Positions 25,870 to 32,000 of a stretch of 32,000 nucleotides of DNA are shown here, piece by piece. Each line of letters begins with the position of its first letter. The first letter of the stretch is position 1. The notes under the pieces were generated by a model, which ran no database searches, was not told the origin of the DNA, and was given only the letters and a program-made list of their open reading frames with translations. Both the position numbers and the translations under genes were made by a program. Origin of the DNA: an uncultured Chloroflexia bacterium (GTDB lineage: Bacteria > Chloroflexota > Anaerolineae > Anaerolineales > Anaerolineaceae); assembly GCA_963704755.1 (NCBI GenBank), contig OY969938.1, positions 690,001 through 722,000 on the forward strand. The letters are read 5' to 3'.

Positions 25870-26889
25870 TCAATTTAAACTATTGCTGTTCTTACGGACG
25901 CGTAAATCGCGGAACAGGTTCCCGATCGACTGCCCTTGCCTTACCAGGGCAATCATACCCAGGATGCCGGTAATAACAAACTGGATAAAATGTATAGTGA
26001 TTGCGCAGGCCAGGGCAGGCGTCTCTTCGATCCCCAGGATCGACAGCGCGCCTACTATGGCCGCCTCGAAAGTGCCCAACGCTGCCGGCGCAGAGGGGAT
26101 CGCAATTCCCATCGCCAGTACTGCATCGGTAAACATGCCCCACCAATAAGGCGCCGCCGGGGCAATCGCCAAAATAAACACGTAATATTCCGTCATGGCC
26201 ACGACCCATGAGAGTGCAATCGTGCCTAGAGCCAGCAAGAACTGGCACGGGTTTGCCAGGGTGCTGAAACCCTCCAAAAGCGAGTTGACCTGGGGTGCCA
26301 CGTACTTGCGCACAAAACCCCAATGGCTGCCCAGTTTATCGACCAACCCGCTGAAGAAAGACTGGTAGCGAGTCATCAGGAACAGCACCACCAGCATCGC
26401 GATGACGGCCAACAGGGTGATTACGGCCACCGAACGGGCCCAGGCCATTCCCAATGCCATCGGCAGGGTGATCAACATCATCGCAGCAGCCATCGCCAGG
26501 TCGAAAGACCGCTCGATGACGATCGTCGAAAGGATACCGACCGGGTTTAGCCCGGCCGCCTGGCCTAATAAAACCGCCCGCCCAAGCTCACCGGCCCGGA
26601 AAGGCAGCAAATTGTTGAGCAGATAACCCTGGTTGATGGCCCAGAACGATTGCATGACCGTTACCTTGTTGCCCAGGATGGTCCGCCAGGCCAGGCCGCG
26701 TATGTATAAAAACAAGAGGGTTAAGATCGCTACTGCGATAATATATATCAGCTTTATTTGCTCAATGGCCGGTCCTAATTCCTTCCAATTCACCGTACGA
26801 AAGACAAGGAACAATGCCACGGCCGAAATTATCACCCCAGGCAGCCAACCCTTCACCCGTTGCCAGAGATTTTTCCGTTCCGGATTCAA
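25870..26889 (-). CDS. Flippase-like membrane protein (UPF0104 / LPG_synthase_TM-type)
   Basis: 339 aa with about 8 TM helices. The basic N-terminus followed by [27 protein letters not shown], and [12 protein letters not shown], are typical of this family as I recall it. The TTG start at 26889 overlaps the lepA TGA (TTGA), and GGAGG lies 4 nt upstream inside the lepA 3' end. Confidence 0.7.
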   Translation of the reverse strand: MNPERKNLWQRVKGWLPGVIISAVALFLVFRTVNWKELGPAIEQIKLIYIIAVAILTLLFLYIRGLAWRTILGNKVTVMQSFWAINQGYLLNNLLPFRAGELGRAVLLGQAAGLNPVGILSTIVIERSFDLAMAAAMMLITLPMALGMAWARSVAVITLLAVIAMLVVLFLMTRYQSFFSGLVDKLGSHWGFVRKYVAPQVNSLLEGFSTLANPCQFLLALGTIALSWVVAMTEYYVFILAIAPAAPYWWGMFTDAVLAMGIAIPSAPAALGTFEAAIVGALSILGIEETPALACAITIHFIQFVITGILGMIALVRQGQSIGNLFRDLRVRKNSNSLN

Positions 26890-28688
26890 TCTTCCTCCAA
26901 ACGCAGGATCGCCATGAAGGCTTCCTGAGGGATTTCTACATTACCAACCATTTTCATGCGGCGCTTACCGCGCTTCTGCTTTTCCAGCAGTTTTTTCTTG
27001 CGGCTGATATCGCCACCATAGCATTTGGCCAGCACATCTTTGCGCAGCGCTTTGACGTTTGCCCGCGAGATGATCCTGCCATCGGCCGAGGCCTGGATGG
27101 GCACATCGAATAACTGGCGTGGGATCAGGTCTTTCAGCTTGCTGACCAGCGCCTGGCCCTTATGGTAGGCTTCGTCCTTATGAACGATTGTCGCCAGCGC
27201 ATCGACCGGTTCGCCGCCCACCAGCACTTCCAGGCGGGTCAGGTTGCCGGGCCGGTACTCGGATAAATGATAATCCATGGAGGCATAACCGCGGGTGCGC
27301 GACTTGAGATCGTCGAAGAAGTCCACGATCAGCTCGGAGAGCGGGATGTCGAACGTCATCTGGACCCGGTTCGGCGCCGGGTACTCCTGCTCCACGAAAA
27401 CACCGCGGCGCGTACGCACCAGTTCCATCACCGTGCCGTAAAAATCGGTCGGGGTGATGATTTGCAGCACCATCCACGGTTCGCGGATCTCGGATATCTT
27501 CAATTCATCCGGCAGTTGCGAAGGCGAATCGATCCGCAGGACCTCTCCCTCCAGCATCACAATCTCGTATTCTACCGAAGGCGCCGTGACCACAATATCC
27601 AGATCGTACTCGCGCTCCAGCCGTTCCTGGATGATATCCATGTGGAACAACCCCAGGAAACCGCAGCGGAAGCCGAAATTCAAAGCCTGAGATTTTTCCG
27701 GCTGGTAGTCCAGGGCCGCATCGTTCAATTGCAGCTTTTCCAGGGCTTCTTTTAAATTAGCGTAATCTTCCCCTTCGACCGGGTAAATGCCGGCAAAGAC
27801 CATCGGCTTGGGATGGCGGAACCCGGGCAGCGGTTTATCGGCCGGGGCAGCCGTGGCGGTGATGGTATCCCCCACCCGGCACTCCTGGACCGTTTTCAAG
27901 CCGGTGGCGATATAGCCCACGTCGCCATCCAGCAACTCATTGACCGGGTGCATGATGGGGTCGAAATAGCCAATTTCGACCGGGCGCACGTCCGCCATGG
28001 TGGACATCATGCGCAGTTGTTCGTTCGCGCGGATACGCCCATCCATCACGCGGATATAGGCTACCACACCCTTATATGAATCGTAATGCGAATCGAAAAT
28101 TAAGGCCTGTAAAGGCAGGTCATCGGTACCTTTTGGCGGCGGTACCAGTTGAACGATCCTCTCCAGCACTTGATCGACATTCAAGCCCTCTTTGGCCGAA
28201 ATCGCAATTATGCTGGCGGGATCCACACCCAGCAAATTATGAATGTCCTCGGCCACCTCAATTGGGCGGGCCGAGGGCAAATCGATCTTATTGATCACCG
28301 GGATAATCACCAGGTCCGCGTCCAGGGCCAGGTACAGGTTGGCCAGGGTCTGGGCCTCGATCCCCTGGGTGGCATCCACTACCAGGATCGCCCCTTCGCA
28401 GGCCAGTAAAGCCCGGCTGACCTCGTAATTGAAGTCCACGTGGCCCGGGGTATCGATCAAATTCAGTTCGTATTGATTGCCGTCTTTTGCAACATAGCTC
28501 ATCCGTACCGCTGAAGCCTTGATCGTCACCCCTTTCTCGCGCTCAAGGTCCATCGTATCCAACACCTGGTCCATCATATCGCGGTCGGAAATCGTTCCGG
28601 TTAACTGCAACATGCGGTCAGCCAGGGTTGATTTGCCGTGATCAATGTGGGCGATAATACAAAAGTTACGAATATGATCTGTTGACAT
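26886..28688 (-). CDS. lepA: Translation elongation factor 4 (LepA)
   Basis: 600 aa. [23 protein letters not shown] (G1), DTPGHVDF (G3), NKIDLP (G4), and the LepA-specific C-terminus ...[23 protein letters not shown]. Confidence 0.97.
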   Translation of the reverse strand: MSTDHIRNFCIIAHIDHGKSTLADRMLQLTGTISDRDMMDQVLDTMDLEREKGVTIKASAVRMSYVAKDGNQYELNLIDTPGHVDFNYEVSRALLACEGAILVVDATQGIEAQTLANLYLALDADLVIIPVINKIDLPSARPIEVAEDIHNLLGVDPASIIAISAKEGLNVDQVLERIVQLVPPPKGTDDLPLQALIFDSHYDSYKGVVAYIRVMDGRIRANEQLRMMSTMADVRPVEIGYFDPIMHPVNELLDGDVGYIATGLKTVQECRVGDTITATAAPADKPLPGFRHPKPMVFAGIYPVEGEDYANLKEALEKLQLNDAALDYQPEKSQALNFGFRCGFLGLFHMDIIQERLEREYDLDIVVTAPSVEYEIVMLEGEVLRIDSPSQLPDELKISEIREPWMVLQIITPTDFYGTVMELVRTRRGVFVEQEYPAPNRVQMTFDIPLSELIVDFFDDLKSRTRGYASMDYHLSEYRPGNLTRLEVLVGGEPVDALATIVHKDEAYHKGQALVSKLKDLIPRQLFDVPIQASADGRIISRANVKALRKDVLAKCYGGDISRKKKLLEKQKRGKRRMKMVGNVEIPQEAFMAILRLEED

Positions 28689-28709
28689 AGACGCGGTTAG
28701 TATACCTTA

Positions 28710-28738
28710 TTAATAGCCAAACGGGACCACATCGGCAA
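28710..28738 (-). promoter_or_regulatory. Candidate lepA promoter (TTGCCG-17 nt-TATTAA)
   Basis: The minus strand reads TTGCCGATGTGGTCCCGTTTGGCTATTAA, ending 21 nt upstream of the lepA ATG. This would give a very short leader without an SD. Pattern only. It overlaps a 7-bp inverted repeat, GACCACA/TGTGGTC (28725-28731 / 28742-28748). Confidence 0.25.
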
Positions 28739-28772
28739 TTTTGTGGTCGGGTCTTCGCCCTTATCCCCCGGC

Positions 28773-28837
28773 CCTTTCCCCCAGAGTGGGGAAAGGCGAG
28801 CAATTTTGAAGCCCCTCTCCCGTTTCTGGGAGAGGGG
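28773..28837. repeat. Pair of GC-rich REP-like stem-loops
   Basis: Hairpin 1 is CCTTTCCCC-cagagt-GGGGAAAGG (28773-28796, 9 bp). Hairpin 2 is CCCCTCTCCC-gtttct-GGGAGAGGGG (28812-28837, 10 bp), followed by TTGGGGTGAGG. Both are polypyrimidine/polypurine arms of the same style. Confidence 0.6.
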
Positions 28838-28856
28838 TTGGGGTGAGGAGCATTCG

Positions 28857-28885
28857 CTTGTTTGGCGAGATAACCGCCAAACAAG
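28857..28885 (-). other. 11-bp stem-loop 10 nt downstream of the cpaE-like stop (possible terminator or RNA 3'-end stabiliser)
   Basis: CTTGTTTGGCG-agataac-CGCCAAACAAG. On the minus strand no U-tract follows it. On the plus strand TATTTACAGTTT follows, but no plus-strand gene precedes it. Confidence 0.35.
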
Positions 28886-28895
28886 TATTTACAGT

Positions 28896-30146
28896 TTAAG
28901 AGAATTGGAACAGGCGCATCCGCGGCTGTTCCGAGCGCTCGACGGTCACGGCTCGTTTGCGGACATGCTCGGCCAGCGAGGAAATTGCCTGGGCCAGTTC
29001 AGAATTCTTGTTCGTCCGCAGCAGCGGCTGTCCCAAAGCATCGGCGTGGCCCGTCACATCCACATCATCGGGCAAGGTTACCGAAACGGCGTATTTCAGC
29101 CGTTCGCCCACTTTGTCGACCGAAATCGGGCTGTTCGAATCGAATTTATTGATAATCAAAGCGATCCGGTCGCGTGTCATCCCAAAGGCATCCCACAGGT
29201 CGAGGAACAGGCGCGTGTTGCGGATGGCATTGATCTGCTGTGCCGTGACCAGGACCACTACTTCTGAAGCATCCAGGGCAGCCAAAACGGGATCGGAAAT
29301 GAACGAATCGGTATTGACCACAATGTAATCGTAATACCGGCGCATAAATTCCAGGATGCGGGCAAAGTTGTCGCCGGTGATCTTTTCGGCAAATTCCGGG
29401 CGCGGCGGCGCCGGCAGAATGTACAGCCCGGTCGCGCGGTTGAGCAGCATCACGCTTTCCACAAGTTGCAGATCCAGGTCGTATAAACGCGGGACCAGGT
29501 CCAACACCGAAAGCTGGCCCAATTCATTGAATAGCAAGTGAACATCGCCGTATTGCATACTGCCATCCACCAGGGCAACCCGCGCGTCCGAATCCATGTC
29601 CATAATCGCCAGGGCCAGGTTGGCCGCGATGGTGGTCGTCCCGACACCGCCCTTGGGGCTGTAAACCGAGACGATCCGCCCATTCGCGCCCTTACCGGAC
29701 GTGGCCGAAGAGACCGGCGAAACAGGCGCGTTGGCGGCCTGAATTTTCTGGCGGTCCTGCTGCGCCAGGTTCGAAGCCCGGTGAAGCACATCGGTCAGTT
29801 CTTTGACGGAGGCTTCGTGGGTTATGAAATCACAGGCGCCGGCGCGCACGGCCTGCAGCACGATATCGGTGTAATTATCCTGGGAGATCAAAACCACCTG
29901 GGTCTCGGGATGCTCTTTGCGCAGGATCTCGGTCAGGTTGATTCCATTCATGTCTGGCAGGTTATATTCCACCAGGGCCACCTCGGGCTTTAGATCGCGG
30001 ATCGCCTCGATGGCTTCCTGAGCAGCCAGAGAAGTATTGACCAGCTCGATGTCCTCGATTAAACCCAGTGTTTTTTGGAGATTTTTTTGTAACTGTGGAA
30101 TATTTTCAACCAAAATAACCGAGATAAGATCACGCTCTCCTAGCAT
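28896..30146 (-). CDS. CpaE/TadZ-like ParA/MinD-family ATPase with N-terminal degenerate (pseudo-)receiver domain
   Basis: 416 aa. The deviant Walker A is VYSPKGGVGTTTIAANLA, with the GKT lysine replaced by Thr as in CpaE/TadZ. The N-terminal ~120 aa have a CheY-like layout with EN for DD, E for the acceptor D (VALVEYNLPDMNG) and H for the conserved K (DFITHE). GGAGG lies 5 nt upstream of the ATG at 30146. Confidence 0.82.
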   Translation of the reverse strand: MLGERDLISVILVENIPQLQKNLQKTLGLIEDIELVNTSLAAQEAIEAIRDLKPEVALVEYNLPDMNGINLTEILRKEHPETQVVLISQDNYTDIVLQAVRAGACDFITHEASVKELTDVLHRASNLAQQDRQKIQAANAPVSPVSSATSGKGANGRIVSVYSPKGGVGTTTIAANLALAIMDMDSDARVALVDGSMQYGDVHLLFNELGQLSVLDLVPRLYDLDLQLVESVMLLNRATGLYILPAPPRPEFAEKITGDNFARILEFMRRYYDYIVVNTDSFISDPVLAALDASEVVVLVTAQQINAIRNTRLFLDLWDAFGMTRDRIALIINKFDSNSPISVDKVGERLKYAVSVTLPDDVDVTGHADALGQPLLRTNKNSELAQAISSLAEHVRKRAVTVERSEQPRMRLFQFS

Positions 30147-30231
30147 TCAGACCTCCAGGATATATACGTTTTGTATGGATTGGGCCAGGAAAGGATCAGG
30201 ACCCCCATCAATACCGGTTGCAATTTCTCGA

Positions 30232-30294
30232 AAAAAAGAAAGGTTTTCGGTTGGATTCTCTGGCGGCTACACCGCCAGAGAATCCAACCGAAAA
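30232..30294 (-). terminator. Intrinsic-terminator-like element: perfect 23-bp stem, 5-nt loop, U-rich tail (minus strand)
   Basis: TTTTCGGTTGGATTCTCTGGCGG (30244-30266) pairs with CCGCCAGAGAATCCAACCGAAAA (30272-30294); the loop is CTACA. The minus-strand continuation is CCTTTCTTTTTTTCG. No minus-strand ORF lies upstream of it, and the cpaE-like start is 85 nt downstream. Confidence 0.6.
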
Positions 30295-30320
30295 GTTCCA
30301 GCCTCGAATATACGCTATGT

Positions 30321-30349
30321 ATTATACATTTTCTGGCCTTTGGCAGCAA
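30321..30349 (-). promoter_or_regulatory. Candidate minus-strand promoter (TTGCTG-17 nt-TATAAT) firing into the 23-bp hairpin
   Basis: The minus strand reads TTGCTGCCAAAGGCCAGAAAATGTATAAT, with the -10 at 30326..30321. The predicted start is ~20 nt upstream of the hairpin. Pattern only. Confidence 0.3.
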
Positions 30350-30688
30350 TGGGAACGGCCTGTCCTGATCTTTCTCAAAGAATAGCAGTTCTATACCTTT
30401 TCGGATATAAAAAACACATTAACTTAATAAATTTATCAAGTCACTCAATGGTTAAGGTGGTTATAATTGATCTAGTATATGATAACGAAGTCAAGTGGGT
30501 CGTATATCCTTACCGATGTACAACCCCCGCCAAACGGTACATAAATTGCACCGGATTCGAAATCCATAGACGCAATCCGTTGTATAATTGTCAACGTGTC
30601 CGGGGGGTTTGTACTCACCAAAACTCTCTGACGTTATCAACAAAAAACGATCTATAACGGATTCGTCTCATTTTATAGGGAGTAAGTT

Positions 30689-32000
30689 GTGGTCGATAAT
30701 CCATCGGTCAAATCGGATAACGTCGTAGCCGCTGACAAGCCCAAAGAATCACAGAAAAATACAGGACCAGCTATGGTCACGCAAGAACTTCAAGAAGTTA
30801 ATCCTCCCGAATTACACGTTGAAGCTACCGGTCAAGATGAGAAAAAAGATCCGGTTGTTCGTGCCTGGATTGCCAATAAGGTTCAACCCCTATCGGACGC
30901 CATTCAGGAATGGAACCGCCTGCGCCATAAAATCCATAGTTACCCGGAAGCTACCCACCGACAATTAAAAGAAATCGAGCGGGAATTTACCCTTTACCGC
31001 CTGACCTTGACCGGTTTGAGCTATAAAGCCCCTCGCATCGAAGATGAGATCCTGGAAGTGTTCAACCGGGTCAACAACCAGATTCCGGTGATGGAGGAGC
31101 GCAACCATAAACGGCCGCTCTTACTGTACACCAATCCCTTGCTGCGTGAATTGGAGGAGTCCTGGGAGCACATTTTAGCCGATCAAGACCATCTGTGTAT
31201 GTTGCTCACCAAAGCGCCGAAAGGGCTGGAATTTTACAACCGCATGCAGATCGTTCGGGAGCAAAAACGCCAGGAAGAACTTCGCCAGAGGGAAAACGAG
31301 TCGCGTATCGAGACGGCCTACGAATCGATCAAAAAAGCGCTCAGCCTGGTCGAACATCAGTGCAAGGACGACGAACCGGTGCTGTTCGGCAACGAGATCC
31401 TCACCATTCAGGATGCCCAGAACCTGTGGAATGAAAACCTGACCGAGATTTTGACCATTCGGGATGCCCGCACAGCCGGCGTCGAAACCATCCTGGACAA
31501 AATGCATTCACTGGAAGAGACAATCCGCGATTACCCCTCGATCTCTAAACAGATCCAGCGAGTCGGCGAACGCTTTTCCCGCCTGATTGGTTATCACGAC
31601 CTGCTCTCCTCTTATGGAAAACGCATTATTCCCCAGGCCGAGATCGCGCGGGCATCCGCTATGATGTACGAGCAAATCCCGGCTTTGTGGTCTTCGGGTA
31701 ATTACTCTAATCTGAAGGTATACCTCGAACGGGTCGAAAATTTCCTGAATTTCTACGAAAACTCGGTTGAGTTGGAAGTGGCGATTGGCGAGCGTCGCCG
31801 TTCCGGGTTTACCCAAAACCTCACCTCCCCGGTTATCCCTGGGGCGAACGGGCTTTCTCCTTTGATCAACCTGGCCCGCGTGCTGGTCGCGGCCATCGAC
31901 CAGCGTGACCGCTTCATGGTCGGCCATTCCGACAGGGTCGCCAAGCTGGCCCTGGCCACCGGCCGTAAGCTGAACTGGTCCAGCTCGGAAATGGAATTTC
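30689..32000 (+). CDS. HD-GYP-type phosphohydrolase with ~400-aa unrecognised helical N-terminal region (3' end beyond the window)
   Basis: Absent from the ORF track because it is open at the right edge. The frame is stop-free from 30686 to 32000. GTG 30689 has GGGAG 6 nt upstream, directly after an in-frame TAA; ATG 30773 is an alternative start. The last ~35 codons read LINLARVLVAAIDQRDRFMVGHSDRVAKLALATGRKLNWSSSEMEF, which is the typical entry into an HD-GYP/HD domain (A-I-D-x-R-D-x-y-t-x-G-H-S-x-R-V). Confidence 0.78.
   Translation, partial: MVDNPSVKSDNVVAADKPKESQKNTGPAMVTQELQEVNPPELHVEATGQDEKKDPVVRAWIANKVQPLSDAIQEWNRLRHKIHSYPEATHRQLKEIEREFTLYRLTLTGLSYKAPRIEDEILEVFNRVNNQIPVMEERNHKRPLLLYTNPLLRELEESWEHILADQDHLCMLLTKAPKGLEFYNRMQIVREQKRQEELRQRENESRIETAYESIKKALSLVEHQCKDDEPVLFGNEILTIQDAQNLWNENLTEILTIRDARTAGVETILDKMHSLEETIRDYPSISKQIQRVGERFSRLIGYHDLLSSYGKRIIPQAEIARASAMMYEQIPALWSSGNYSNLKVYLERVENFLNFYENSVELEVAIGERRRSGFTQNLTSPVIPGANGLSPLINLARVLVAAIDQRDRFMVGHSDRVAKLALATGRKLNWSSSEMEF

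Noticed and set aside
28743-29267. 174-aa plus-strand ORF starting in the lepA/cpaE-like intergenic region
   Set aside because: Its N-terminus is just the translation of the GC-rich hairpins (PFPQSGERR..., PLSRFWERGWGEE). The rest is antisense to the well-supported cpaE-like gene. It has no SD and no recognisable domain.
30553-30565. tRNA T-arm-like GGATTCGAAATCC
   Set aside because: No acceptor stem, D-arm or anticodon arm can be built around it. It is only a 4-bp stem in AT-rich promoter DNA.
30037-30657. 206-aa plus-strand ORF spanning the cpaE-like 5' end and the AT-rich divergent region
   Set aside because: It is antisense to a supported gene for its first third. It then runs through the 23-bp hairpin and promoter-like AT-rich DNA. 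Its composition is unlike the real proteins here.
30583-30688. Possible c-di-GMP or other known riboswitch in the HD-GYP leader
   Set aside because: I could not find the conserved GEMM-type cores or any other riboswitch consensus I know. Only the generic inverted repeats, reported separately, are present.
31175-31959. Minus-strand ORFs 31175..31507, 31508..31927 and 31753..31959
   Set aside because: They are antisense to the stop-free plus-strand frame that ends in an unmistakable HD-GYP entry motif. Their translations are Arg/Gly/Val-rich with no motifs.
1-32000. CRISPR arrays, IS elements, integrases, prophage or toxin-antitoxin modules
   Set aside because: There are no regularly spaced direct repeats, no transposase- or integrase-like ORFs and no terminal inverted repeats flanking a gene block. 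Every sizeable ORF has another, better-supported assignment.

Overview
Bacterial chromosomal window transcribed almost entirely in one direction. Seventeen consecutive minus-strand genes (1..30146) are followed by an AT-rich ~540-nt divergent region and one plus-strand gene that runs off the right edge.

Gene content by coordinate:
- The 5' part of rpoC. It is open at the left edge, so it is absent from the ORF track.
- A tightly packed four-gene sensory block: PAS kinase, REC-kinase hybrid, secernin-like C69 peptidase, and a 1102-aa multidomain kinase.
- cmk.
- The stand-out: a ~16.5-kb locus (10402..26889) with two halves. The upstream half holds a flippase-like protein, an RfbE-like epimerase, a GT4 transferase and a SAM methyltransferase. 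The downstream half holds four very large polytopic membrane proteins (745, 1754, 869 and 571 aa) of the GT-C/PMT_2-like and Chlor_Arch_YYY (DUF2298) types, plus a small DUF952 protein translationally coupled between them.
- lepA, whose stop overlaps the first gene of that locus.
- An orphan CpaE/TadZ-like ATPase with a degenerate receiver domain.
- Divergently, an HD-GYP protein with a long unrecognised N-terminal region.

The YYY proteins and a beta-prime subunit carrying a large coiled-coil insertion suggest a Chloroflexota-like organism; this is an inference. I recognised no rRNA, tRNA, CRISPR array, transposase or integrase.

The best candidate for an undescribed system is the YYY/GT-C supercluster linked to sugar-tailoring genes. 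Secondary curiosities are a perfect 23-bp terminator-like hairpin with no gene to terminate, a block of GC-rich stem-loops upstream of lepA, and rpoC separated from rpoB.

All functional calls are motif recognition by eye. No searches or computations were run.
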